DNA from: Methanobrevibacter sp.
GTDB taxonomy: Archaea; Methanobacteriota; Methanobacteria; Methanobacteriales; Methanobacteriaceae
DNA: 64,000 bases
Assembly: GCA_017407115.1 (NCBI GenBank)
Contig: JAFQXD010000016.1
Location: forward strand, 30,088 to 94,087
Direction of reading: 5' to 3'
The notes below the pieces were generated by a model that saw nothing but the letters and a program-made list of their open reading frames with translations, did no database searches and had not been told where the DNA came from. The position numbers were made by a program, and so were the translations under genes. Each line of letters opens with the position of its first letter. Position 1 is the first letter of the stretch. Below, piece by piece: positions 17,728-26,939 of this stretch.

Positions 17728-19319
17728 TAAAAATGTATTTTTCAAGTATAAACAATGCGGAATTAAAGCAATTTCATAAAGTTGTTCCTTATAATTTTAA
17801 TATTAGTTTAACTGATGCTTTATCATCTGATCTATTTCATATTGAAACTATTATACCAAATACATTATATCGTGTTTTCTTATTGTTTTATTGTGAGAAA
17901 ATAACTTCTAGTAATGATAATGATGTTGTTTTAGAGAATAAGTGTATTATTTGTAATAAAACAGATGAAGAAACATATTTTAATTTTATTTCCAATGATG
18001 AAAATAATATTATTCTTAAACATATAACTGATTATTATTCATTTGGAAATATGTTATCTGATGCTGAATTTAACAGTATTGTTCAATTATTGAGAGTAAA
18101 CAATCCATTTGCAGAAGATATACAAATTAAAAACAGTACTGTAAATGGCAAATATGGAACATATGTTTTTAACCTCAAATCAACTACTATTGTTGACAAT
18201 GGTGTTTTAATCACTAACGAAACATTATCTAGTATTGGTACTGTTAAATTAATTAATCCAACTTTCAAAAATAGTAATTACAAATTAAAATTAACTGTTT
18301 ATAGTTTATCTGATGTTAATGTTTGTGATGAGGCAAATACTGATAATATAGTTGAAACTGATTTAATAATTGATTTAATTCAAGGTTCAGAGGTTAATAT
18401 TCCTTTTAATACATTGGATTTGAATTGTATTGTTGGTTTTAATGCTGTTGTTAATATTACTCATGATTTGCCAGTTATTCAGTATCCTCAGAATATTGTT
18501 TTAACTAGTGATAAATTGAGTTGTATTATTGGAGAGTCAGTTACTTTAACAGCAACATTTGGAGAGGAAGATTCACCTTTAACAGATGAACCAATTACTT
18601 TTAAAAATAATGGTACTGTTTTAGGAACAGCAGTTACAAATTCTAACGGTGTTGCAAATTTTACTTATGCTCCATTAACAAGTGATAATTTGAATATTAC
18701 AGCAACTAACAGAGATGGTAAAATTATCTCAAATAATCTTGAAGTAGAAGTTAATAAAAAACCTACAACTATTTCTTTAAATGTTAATAGTAATAGTGTT
18801 GAATTAGATGATGATTTGATTTTGTCTGGTCATTTGGAGGGTAATGATGGCGCTTTAAGTGATTGTCCTGTTAGTATTGTAATAGGTCATAGAACATTGT
18901 ATTCTACAAGAACTGATGCTAACGGAGATTATTCTATAACAGATACAATTGAAGAATTATTTAGTGTTGATTTAAAAGCTGTTTATGAGGGAGATGCAAT
19001 TAACAGTAATTGTGAAAGTAGTTATGTTAATGTTAAAGGAGTGAAAAAATCAGTAACAGTTGTAAATGCTTATTCTCGTGGTACTGCGCCAGGTTTATTA
19101 AGTGGGAAATTAGTAACGAAAGATGGTACACCATTAGGAAATGTTCCAATCAGTATTCGTTGGGTAGGTTATAATACTGATATTACAACCAATTTAAGAA
19201 CAAATAGTGATGGAACATTCTCTGAAACATGTACTTCTGAATATTACATTGTTAATATGTATTTCAACTATGCTGGAGATGCAACCCACGATAGTTTCAG
19301 CAGGAGATATGGATGGTGA
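17724..19319 (+). CDS. Tail fibre protein with Ig-like repeat domains
   Basis: The ATG at 17724 overlaps the upstream TGA. The repeats ITFKNNGTVLGTAVTNSNGVANFTYAP and LSGHLEGNDGALSDCPVSIVIG...TDANGDYSI resemble bacterial-Ig and adhesin-like repeat units. Confidence 0.5.
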   Translation: MIKMYFSSINNAELKQFHKVVPYNFNISLTDALSSDLFHIETIIPNTLYRVFLLFYCEKITSSNDNDVVLENKCIICNKTDEETYFNFISNDENNIILKHITDYYSFGNMLSDAEFNSIVQLLRVNNPFAEDIQIKNSTVNGKYGTYVFNLKSTTIVDNGVLITNETLSSIGTVKLINPTFKNSNYKLKLTVYSLSDVNVCDEANTDNIVETDLIIDLIQGSEVNIPFNTLDLNCIVGFNAVVNITHDLPVIQYPQNIVLTSDKLSCIIGESVTLTATFGEEDSPLTDEPITFKNNGTVLGTAVTNSNGVANFTYAPLTSDNLNITATNRDGKIISNNLEVEVNKKPTTISLNVNSNSVELDDDLILSGHLEGNDGALSDCPVSIVIGHRTLYSTRTDANGDYSITDTIEELFSVDLKAVYEGDAINSNCESSYVNVKGVKKSVTVVNAYSRGTAPGLLSGKLVTKDGTPLGNVPISIRWVGYNTDITTNLRTNSDGTFSETCTSEYYIVNMYFNYAGDATHDSFSRRYGW

Positions 19320-19325
19320 TGTTAA

Positions 19326-21830
19326 ATGACTAATAGAACATTAACAGATGAAATAATCACTTTAATTCAAAGCGAAGCTAATAACAATCCTGCACCAAAA
19401 CCATGTAAAATAATTGGTAATTATGGTGAAACACCATATTCTGATGTTGAAATTGAGGATTTGGGGAAATTAATTCATAAAAAAACAATAGGTAGTACAA
19501 AAATAGGTTTGGAAGGGATTATTTGTTTTTTGAATGGTAATTTAAGTGATGGTGTTGTTATAACCTATGATGAATCAAGTATTCCTGAAATATTGTCTTT
19601 TTATCAAAAGAATACAATTGATTTGGTATATGCACTTGAAAATTATGGTAAAACTTCAAATAATGAATATTATTTATTTAGAGGTGATTGCTGGACAATT
19701 AACAATAATTTTGAAGCAAGTGCATCCATTACAAGTCGATCTGACAAGGATTTAAAAGTTACTGGAACTTTTCGTACACAAAATGATATTGTAGGATTAT
19801 ATTGGAATTCCAAAGATTTGATAGAACATCCTTATATTAGTTATGGTACTGTTAATGATTATTCTAATGTTATTTTAAGTTTCGATTATGAAATGACTGG
19901 TTGTAAAGACTTTTCAAATGGAACTATAAGTATTACAATTGGAAAAACTGATGGTTCAATATATTATTTAACCATGAACCGTTTTATTGAAAATAATCAT
20001 GTAACTATTGATTTTAGTAATCTTACATTATTAACCGGGAATATTTACATTGATGCAACTGGGGAGGAAATAACTGTTACTGAAACAACACCTCTTGATG
20101 TAACTGATATAGAATACATAATGTTTGTACTTGTTCCTCCTAATTATGTTGAAAACAAAGAACAGTACACCATTATTGATAATCTTGATTTTACATGTGA
20201 AATGTCAAATATTGAAGTTTCCAATGGCAAAATCCGTAATGAATTTATAATATTGGAATCTCATGAATATAGGTTATGTGAGGGTTATGATGATATTTAC
20301 AATTTAAATCCTCGTAGAATTTGTAAGGAAATGAGAAAACTCGGTTATACTGATTGGGTGGATTTATATGTTGGAGCTTCACATTTTTATGAAAAAAGTG
20401 GGATTGTTGGAGATATTATAAATATTGATGAAAATTCATTTAATCATAATCAAACTGAAAAAATGGTTTTAAATCCAAAAATACCTTTAAATAAAGCATT
20501 TATTAGTTGGTTAGATTGTTATTCTCGTGAATTAAAAGAGAATGGTACTGATAAACTCATTATTAGTGTTTCAATGGAAAATTTGCAATGTCCTGCAAGT
20601 TGGAGGCAAAAAACTAGTAGTGGAGATTATGCTTTAACTGGTTGGACACCATCTACATTCTTTTACAGTCCTTGCAACAATGAAGTTGTTGATTACATGG
20701 AATCAGTTAGTGAAAAATGTTTAGATATTGTTGTAGCAAATGGTTTACAACCTATTCTTCAAATGGGTGAGGCTTGGTGGTGGTGGAATGAAAATGACAA
20801 GCCAAATCAGCCGCCTTGTTTCTATGATGATGCGACTAGAAATAAATATTATAATACCTTTGGAGATTACATTCCTGAGTATTCTACATCATCTGAAGTG
20901 TACGATGAAGAAGTTACATCTTGGCTAAATCAACAACTTGTTAATTATAGTGATAAATTAAGAGGGGTTGTTAAAGACTCAAAATATGATAATGGTTTGT
21001 ATATGGCTTTATTTTTCCCACCTAGTGTTACTGATGTTGACAGAGTACCACCTATGATGAGAGAAGTAAACTATTTGAGAAAAGCATATGATCCATTGAA
21101 ATTAGATGTCCTTGAACTTGAAGATTATGATTGGGTTACTGGTGAAAGTAAGCACCATGATGAAGTATACTCTCTAGGAAATGAATTAGGATTTAGTGAA
21201 GATAGATTACATTATTATGGTGGTTTTGTTCAATATCCTGAAGATGCTCCGAAATTTTGGAATTTAATTTCAAAATCAATGGAGACTGCAATAAATAAGA
21301 AATTCAAAGAAGTCTTTGTTTGGGCTGGTTCTCAAGTGAGAAGAGATAGTAAATTCATAGGGCATTATTCTTTTGAGTTAATTCAAAGATTATTGGATTT
21401 AATTCCTGAAGTAAAATCTTATGATGATACAAATCTTAAGTCTAGGATAACTGCTTTAGAAAAGCAATCTTCATCTGTTGATACTGGTTGGGTTGATTTG
21501 AGTTTAACTGGTAATTTTTATAATTTTGATTCAAATAATCGTGTTCAATATCGTAAAGTTGGAAGTGATGTTCAAATCACTGGTCTTCCAGTACTTAATG
21601 CATATCCATCTGCATTAACTGAATTAATCATTGGAACATTACCTGAGGGTTTTAGACCAATCCGTGATGTTTCACATGTTTGTGAGTTAAAAGATGATGA
21701 TAAATTATGGACTTGTACAGTAAAATCTAATGGTGATGTAACATTTAACCGTTTACGTGATAATACAGGATTTGTTGCTGGAACAGCATTTGCAGACGTT
21801 TTAAAATTAAATGTAACATTTCTAATATAA
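19326..21830 (+). CDS. Large tail fibre / receptor-binding protein candidate
   Basis: It is 834 aa and is the last structural ORF before the lysin. A central Trp-rich region (MGEAWWWWNENDKPNQPPCFYDD) may be TIM-barrel-like, and there is a C-terminal beta-rich module. The function is inferred from position. Confidence 0.45.
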   Translation: MTNRTLTDEIITLIQSEANNNPAPKPCKIIGNYGETPYSDVEIEDLGKLIHKKTIGSTKIGLEGIICFLNGNLSDGVVITYDESSIPEILSFYQKNTIDLVYALENYGKTSNNEYYLFRGDCWTINNNFEASASITSRSDKDLKVTGTFRTQNDIVGLYWNSKDLIEHPYISYGTVNDYSNVILSFDYEMTGCKDFSNGTISITIGKTDGSIYYLTMNRFIENNHVTIDFSNLTLLTGNIYIDATGEEITVTETTPLDVTDIEYIMFVLVPPNYVENKEQYTIIDNLDFTCEMSNIEVSNGKIRNEFIILESHEYRLCEGYDDIYNLNPRRICKEMRKLGYTDWVDLYVGASHFYEKSGIVGDIINIDENSFNHNQTEKMVLNPKIPLNKAFISWLDCYSRELKENGTDKLIISVSMENLQCPASWRQKTSSGDYALTGWTPSTFFYSPCNNEVVDYMESVSEKCLDIVVANGLQPILQMGEAWWWWNENDKPNQPPCFYDDATRNKYYNTFGDYIPEYSTSSEVYDEEVTSWLNQQLVNYSDKLRGVVKDSKYDNGLYMALFFPPSVTDVDRVPPMMREVNYLRKAYDPLKLDVLELEDYDWVTGESKHHDEVYSLGNELGFSEDRLHYYGGFVQYPEDAPKFWNLISKSMETAINKKFKEVFVWAGSQVRRDSKFIGHYSFELIQRLLDLIPEVKSYDDTNLKSRITALEKQSSSVDTGWVDLSLTGNFYNFDSNNRVQYRKVGSDVQITGLPVLNAYPSALTELIIGTLPEGFRPIRDVSHVCELKDDDKLWTCTVKSNGDVTFNRLRDNTGFVAGTAFADVLKLNVTFLI

Positions 21831-21836
21831 AATAAA

Positions 21837-21850
21837 TAACGAGCTGATAA
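21837..21850 (+). promoter_or_regulatory. Leader motif TAACGAGCTGATAA 1 nt before the endolysin ATG (copy 2)
   Basis: It is identical to 2817-2830. GAGCTGAT differs by one base from the SD core GAGGTGAT. Confidence 0.5.
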
Positions 21851-21851
21851 T

Positions 21852-22841
21852 ATGATTAAGAAAAATGAAATCAAAAAGATAGCGGATGCTATCAAAAATT
21901 ATGTTGTAAAAAACAAGAAAATACCAACTTCAATTGAAGTTAGTAATGTAAAACATAGTAAAAATGAATGTTTATACATATTAAGTTATGCTATAAACCA
22001 TCTAAATGAAGACATTGAAGTTAAATCAATTAAAAATGCCGGTGAACCGGTCAGCACTATTATTAATGAAAAAATTTATGAATCTGACTATAAAGACCAG
22101 GCCAAAAGATTAACTCAATATCTAAAACAAAATGCTAAAGCACCGAATTACATTAAATCTGTTAAATCTAAGACTTTGATTTCTCCTGATTTAGAGTTAT
22201 TTGCATTTGCAAAAATAATTTCTTATTATTATGCAAATAAAAGGCTGCCTAAATATTGTTCTTATAATTCAAATGATTTGAAAACCACTGTCAAATCTAA
22301 AAAAAATAATTGCAGTAATCCGTATAAATCATCTCCACATCCAACTAAAAGCGGTTGTGATGCAATGGGACAAAATACTGGTTATTATTGTGGAGTTTGT
22401 GCACTGCAACATTCATTGTTTAAATTTGGAATATATGTTTCTCAAAGTCAATTAGCATCTTGGGCCGGAACAACTTCAAGTGGGACTTCTCATCAAGGAA
22501 TTAGAACAGCTGTTGCAATGGTGAATAAAAAATACAATGTAAACATAACTGTTGAAGAGAAAAGTTTCAGTGATTTAGGTTTGGAAGGTCTTGCAAAACT
22601 AATCTGCAAAGATAATGTTGATATTATAACTCATATTTTGTACCGTCTTAAATGGGGGCATTATGAGTCTATTAATGAAATAAATATCAAAACCAAGATG
22701 CTTAAAATCTTAAACTCACTTGGAAACAAATGCTCAGGCAGTTGCTATTGTGGTTATGTTGAAGACAGATCACTAGCTTTGGAAAAACAATACTTCAGCG
22801 GAATTAGTCAAAAATCAATAATTATTTTAACAAAAAATTAG
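21852..22841 (+). CDS. Endolysin: pseudomurein-binding repeats plus a papain-fold cysteine peptidase (Pei-like pseudomurein endoisopeptidase candidate)
   Basis: Three N-terminal repeats end in (K/R)xPxY/S (KNKKIPTSIEV, QNAKAPNYIKS, ANKRLPKYCSY), as in PMBR units of PeiW/PeiP. The C-terminal domain has GYYCGVCALQHSL (C180) and KWGHYESI (H270). Confidence 0.7.
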   Translation: MIKKNEIKKIADAIKNYVVKNKKIPTSIEVSNVKHSKNECLYILSYAINHLNEDIEVKSIKNAGEPVSTIINEKIYESDYKDQAKRLTQYLKQNAKAPNYIKSVKSKTLISPDLELFAFAKIISYYYANKRLPKYCSYNSNDLKTTVKSKKNNCSNPYKSSPHPTKSGCDAMGQNTGYYCGVCALQHSLFKFGIYVSQSQLASWAGTTSSGTSHQGIRTAVAMVNKKYNVNITVEEKSFSDLGLEGLAKLICKDNVDIITHILYRLKWGHYESINEINIKTKMLKILNSLGNKCSGSCYCGYVEDRSLALEKQYFSGISQKSIIILTKN

Positions 22842-22849
22842 GTGATATT

Positions 22850-23038
22850 ATGAATTTAATTTTTAAAAAAATCTACGGGATTTATTTAAATTACCAACAA
22901 AAACAAGTCTCAAAATTATACAAGTCAGAAGGACTAACAAATAATGTCCTGGATAAACAAAGAAAAATTAATGAAAAAAGACACGAACTTGATTTGCCGG
23001 ACAGGTATGAAATGCAATACAAAAGGTTTGTACAATGA
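22850..23038 (+). CDS. Hypothetical small protein
   Basis: It is 62 aa and basic, with no TM segment. GGTGAT SD lies upstream. Confidence 0.4.
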   Translation: MNLIFKKIYGIYLNYQQKQVSKLYKSEGLTNNVLDKQRKINEKRHELDLPDRYEMQYKRFVQ

Positions 23039-23313
23039 ATGTTTTAATTTTAATCCGTGAGCTGGACCAGACAGTATTAGAGCGCCAAATACGAAACGGT
23101 GATGCTCACGGAGATATAATTACTTTCTACAATGAAACAGGTAGCAATTATGACTTGCTTGTTGATGAAGATGAATATCCCAATATCGTCCAGGTGTGTA
23201 TTATTGTAAAAGATTTCAATTATTATGCTTATATTCAACATGGTGAAAATACCAATTTTACTAAGATTAATGTAGATGAAATAGGTGAAATCTCATTATC
23301 TAAGTCAAACTAA
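23035..23313 (+). CDS. Hypothetical small protein
   Basis: It is 92 aa, with an ATGA overlap onto the upstream ORF. No motif was recognised. Confidence 0.4.
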   Translation: MNVLILIRELDQTVLERQIRNGDAHGDIITFYNETGSNYDLLVDEDEYPNIVQVCIIVKDFNYYAYIQHGENTNFTKINVDEIGEISLSKSN

Positions 23314-23430
23314 TTCTCACCATTTCTGTTTTTTTATTTAAAGCTATTATAAGTCCCATATTTAAGAACAGATTTATATACGTTGAAGGTACATCTATTA
23401 ATCAGAAAAGCTTTAAACGAGTTGGTAACT

Positions 23431-23820
23431 ATGAACAGAGTTGAATATTTAATTGAATTAATAAAAAGAGATGTTGAACAGATTAAAATCACTGAAGAAG
23501 ACATCAAAGCAATGGAATTGAAATTAATTGTAGAACTTAAATCTGCTGAAGAAAAATGTGAAATGTATGAGGAAATGTATGAAGATGATGAAGACCTTAT
23601 TATCTCAGCATTTAAAGAATATGAAAACATAAGAGCTCCAATTACACATTTAGAACACCAATCACATGTTTACAAATTATCTCTCATTGATCACTATGAA
23701 GAATTACTAAAAGAGAAAGAAGAGTTTGATGAAGACATCAGCAAATCATTAAGTATTGCAAAATACAATATCTCCAGGCTGGAAGAAGTTGTTGAAATGA
23801 TTAAAGAAGTGTTTAACTAA
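23431..23820 (+). CDS. Hypothetical acidic coiled-coil protein
   Basis: The ATG at 23431 lies inside track ORF 23383..23820. The sequence is glutamate-rich with heptad-like character. No motif was recognised. Confidence 0.4.
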   Translation: MNRVEYLIELIKRDVEQIKITEEDIKAMELKLIVELKSAEEKCEMYEEMYEDDEDLIISAFKEYENIRAPITHLEHQSHVYKLSLIDHYEELLKEKEEFDEDISKSLSIAKYNISRLEEVVEMIKEVFN

Positions 23821-23842
23821 AAAACACTTCTTATTTTTTTAG

Positions 23843-24085
23843 GTGATTTCTGTGTATGGTTTTAATTTCATTATCCGAGATGAAATGAGAATTTCATTAT
23901 TCATTGATAAAAATGACAAATTTTACCATTACTATAATGGTAAATGGGGTTATGATTTGATAATGGATGAAACAGATTTGCTAATTCTCTTTGGTCGGGA
24001 CTATATAATTAATCTTGTTAAATCAATGAGGGTTTATGAAACAGTACAGCTATCTGATTTAGTAAAATTAGTTAGGTTTCAGTGA
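23843..24085 (+). CDS. Hypothetical small protein
   Basis: It is 80 aa with a GTG start (an alternative ATG lies at 23885). No motif was recognised. Confidence 0.3.
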   Translation: MISVYGFNFIIRDEMRISLFIDKNDKFYHYYNGKWGYDLIMDETDLLILFGRDYIINLVKSMRVYETVQLSDLVKLVRFQ

Positions 24086-24213
24086 TTTTTTATCATATCT
24101 CTAAATCGAATTCTTCCAGTTTCAAATTAAATCTTAAGTTTGAATAAATTCTGAAGATATTTTGAATAGTTACTGAAATTCAATTTATATACTGAATTTT
24201 ATAAAATAATATT

Positions 24214-24366
24214 ATGGCTATATTAAGTGTCGAAGTTTTAAAGAAAATTATTGAAAACGTTCCTGAAGATTATACTGTTGAATATGAAAATCAAAAAACT
24301 ACTGCTCCATTAGCTGATAAGGTTGAAATTGATGTCAGTGGTAAAAGAATTATATTGAAAAAGTAA
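24214..24366 (+). CDS. Hypothetical small protein (50 aa)
   Basis: The ORF is MAILSVEVLKKIIENVPEDYTVEYENQKTTAPLADKVEIDVSGKRIILKK. It falls below the track cutoff and is the last ORF before the non-coding junction. Confidence 0.3.
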   Translation: MAILSVEVLKKIIENVPEDYTVEYENQKTTAPLADKVEIDVSGKRIILKK

Positions 24367-24464
24367 ACTCTCATATTTTATGTAATTTAAATCTGCATTT
24401 CAATTATATATGTTATTAGATTACATAAATGTTAATTGGTACTATAGGAAAAAAGGTTCAGAAG

Positions 24465-24501
24465 TGGAGGATTTATTTCCTCCATTATTTTTATTGTTTT
24501 T
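24465..24501 (+). terminator. Hairpin plus T-tract terminator candidate at the provirus end
   Basis: There is a 7-bp stem, TGGAGGA (24465-24471) paired with TCCTCCA (24478-24484), with a 6-nt loop. It is followed by TTATTTTTATTGTTTTTT. Confidence 0.4.
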
Positions 24502-24902
24502 TATCTCGGAAATTTTTGTCATTTTTTTTATGAATTTTCTTATTTTTGTGTAGTTAATTATATTACAGATTACTGATATAGAACATGATATACGGTCATG
24601 ATAATTAAATTATTTTTTAAGAATATGTTGGGAATATTTTTAAATTTTAATGGTGTAAAAAATTAAAATGGTTTAATATTTTGTGGCTGAAATTTAGTTT
24701 ATTAGACTGTTAAATTTGTTCGTTTCTATGATTACGAACATTTATTATTATGAAAAATAAGGTCATATAAGGCGTTTTTTGAAAACAATCTAAAAACAGT
24801 TAGTAATCTTCACACTAGTGACCACCATATCACAACTAATTTTTTTCTTTTTTTCAAAACTATTAAATATTTTAACGAATAACCTTATTTGTAGGTATTA
24901 TT

Positions 24903-25892
24903 ATGAATGGAAAAATAATTTTAGGACTTCCAAAAGGAAGTTTAAACAATGTAAAACGAGGAAATACTTATCAGTTGTTTGTTGATGCAGGTTATGAAGT
25001 TAAAGGATACGAACCTGGCGATGAATCTTATGAAATTGAAATCTTGAATGACAGCGACATCATTGCATTTTTAACCCGTCCGCAATCCACTCCTGTAGAA
25101 CTCAACAGGGGAATGGTTGACATTGCTATTGTAGGTGAAGACTGGATTAAGGAAGAATCAGTTTTGAGAAAATCAAACACCATTAAAATAGGGGATTTGG
25201 ATTATGGAAAGACACGTTTGATAGTTGCTGTTCCTAAAGAAGCACCATATGATAATTTATCCGACTTTTTCAAAGCAAATAAAGACAGAAAAACTCCAAT
25301 ATTATGTTTCACTGAATATCCAAATTTAACCAGGAAATTCATAATGGAAAATGAAGTGTATCAGGAAATATATGGCGATGCAGTACCGTTTGTCCAAGTT
25401 AGAGGTTTGACTGACGGTGATAATGAGATGGTGCAGGTTATCAACTCAGACGGTGCTACTGAAGTTTATATTGCTAAAGGAGCTGACTTTATTGTTGACA
25501 ATACTCAGACAGGAAGCAGCCTCAGAAAAGCAGGTTTAAAGGAAATAGAAACAATATTGCATTCCTCAGCAGGCCTTTATGCAAGCGGAAGCTGCAGTGA
25601 AGAAAAGCTTGAAAAGGCCAAAATGGTTTATGAGCAGTTATTGGGTGCAATTACTGCTAAAAAATACTTCGATGTCAAGTTCAACATTGCAAATTCCAAA
25701 ATCGATGAGGTTTCAAGTTATTTGATTGACAATAAGCTTTGTGCAGATGAACCTACAATCACTCAGGGTTCTGATTTCTCACAAATCAACGTATTGATTC
25801 CTAAAGCAAAATTCCCTGAGATGGTTGATGCGATTAAGGGATTCGATGCAACTTCAATTATTAGAAATGATTTAAAACAGTTGGTTGAATAA
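24903..25892 (+). CDS. hisG: ATP phosphoribosyltransferase, long form (HisG family)
   Basis: The sequence shows [56 protein letters not shown] and [19 protein letters not shown], which match the HisG pattern. A C-terminal regulatory-like domain is also present. Confidence 0.6.
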   Translation: MNGKIILGLPKGSLNNVKRGNTYQLFVDAGYEVKGYEPGDESYEIEILNDSDIIAFLTRPQSTPVELNRGMVDIAIVGEDWIKEESVLRKSNTIKIGDLDYGKTRLIVAVPKEAPYDNLSDFFKANKDRKTPILCFTEYPNLTRKFIMENEVYQEIYGDAVPFVQVRGLTDGDNEMVQVINSDGATEVYIAKGADFIVDNTQTGSSLRKAGLKEIETILHSSAGLYASGSCSEEKLEKAKMVYEQLLGAITAKKYFDVKFNIANSKIDEVSSYLIDNKLCADEPTITQGSDFSQINVLIPKAKFPEMVDAIKGFDATSIIRNDLKQLVE

Positions 25893-26021
25893 TCATTTCA
25901 CTTTCTATTTTTTTTAAACATTGTTCAATATTGAAAAAATATCTATCATGATAAATCGTTAACATTTATAAAGTATGCCTTACATAAATTAAAATATTAG
26001 TTTATAAAATGGGGATTAAAC

Positions 26022-26924
26022 ATGTTAACATCTGTTCAAAAAGAAATTTTACAAACCTTGATTAATCTATACCAATCTTCAGATGGAAAATCCATTAAAG
26101 GTGAAGATATTGCTGAGGTCATGGCTAGAAATCCGGGAACAATACGTAACCAGATGCAATCATTGAGAAGTTTGGGTTTAGTTAAAGGAGTACCTGGCCC
26201 TAGAGGTGGTTACAAGCCAACAATTGAAGCTTACCACTCTTTAAACATATCAGTTTCTGATGAGGATTCCAAAGTTCCTATTTATAAAAATGACGAGAGA
26301 TTGGATGATGTCTCTGTTGCAAAAATAGAATTCACGAGCGTTCCCCAGCCAAGTGAATGTGAAGCTGCAATTAAAGTTTTGGGAAGCATCAAGGATTTGA
26401 ATTTAGGTGATGTCATTAAAATAGGTCCGACACCTGTAAACAACCTTGGAGTTATGGGTGAAATTGTTGGACGTGATGATATGGATAATATTCTTCTAGT
26501 AAATACCAAAACCATCAGAAGCATCCCAAAACAGACTGTAGGAGATATTGCAAGCCGTAATGTAATATCCTTTAAGATGGATTGCAACATAAAGGATGCA
26601 GCTAAAAAATTAACCTTCAATGAAATTGACGGCGCTCCAGTCATGAAAGATGGAAAAGTTGTTGGTGTATTCACCGTAACAGATCTTGTAAAGGCAATAG
26701 CGCAGGATAATGAGGATAAGACTGTCGGTGAATTGATGTCCACAAATGTTGTTATTGTCAATGAAGATTTAAAAATAGCTAATGCTATTGATGTTATGCT
26801 TAAAAAGTCAATCTCCAGATTAATTATAGCTGATAATGACAATAACCTGTTAGGTATTGTTACAAGAACAGATTTAATTGACAGCATTACCAATCTTAAA
26901 CAATTCCCAATAATTACTAATTAA
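26022..26924 (+). CDS. CBS-domain protein with an N-terminal winged-helix DNA-binding domain
   Basis: The N-terminus has an HTH-like segment (EDIAEVMARNPGTIRNQMQSLRSLGLVKG). The C-terminus has a CBS pair (DGAPVMKDGKVVGVFTVTDLV; SRLIIADNDNNLLGIVTRTDLI). Confidence 0.75.
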   Translation: MLTSVQKEILQTLINLYQSSDGKSIKGEDIAEVMARNPGTIRNQMQSLRSLGLVKGVPGPRGGYKPTIEAYHSLNISVSDEDSKVPIYKNDERLDDVSVAKIEFTSVPQPSECEAAIKVLGSIKDLNLGDVIKIGPTPVNNLGVMGEIVGRDDMDNILLVNTKTIRSIPKQTVGDIASRNVISFKMDCNIKDAAKKLTFNEIDGAPVMKDGKVVGVFTVTDLVKAIAQDNEDKTVGELMSTNVVIVNEDLKIANAIDVMLKKSISRLIIADNDNNLLGIVTRTDLIDSITNLKQFPIITN

Positions 26925-26939
26925 TTTTCAAGTGATTTA

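Larger units (their letters stand above)
1..24500 (+). mobile_element. Integrated tailed archaeal virus (provirus), late/structural half. The left end lies outside the window and the right boundary is approximate.
   Basis: About 30 tightly packed + strand ORFs run uninterrupted, often with ATGA start/stop overlaps, in canonical head-tail-baseplate-fibre-lysin order. The codons look visibly more AT-rich than in the host genes downstream. The block ends before a 0.5 kb non-coding gap and hisG-like. Confidence 0.8.

Noticed and set aside
15880-21830. Diversity-generating retroelement or invertible shufflon acting on the fibre genes
   Set aside because: There is no reverse transcriptase, recombinase or template-repeat-like duplicate of the fibre 3' ends anywhere in the window.
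26282-26893. 203-aa minus-strand ORF inside the CBS-domain gene
   Set aside because: It lies entirely antisense to a well-supported CBS/HTH gene. Its Ser/Thr/Leu-rich composition is typical of antisense frames, and it has no RBS or motif.
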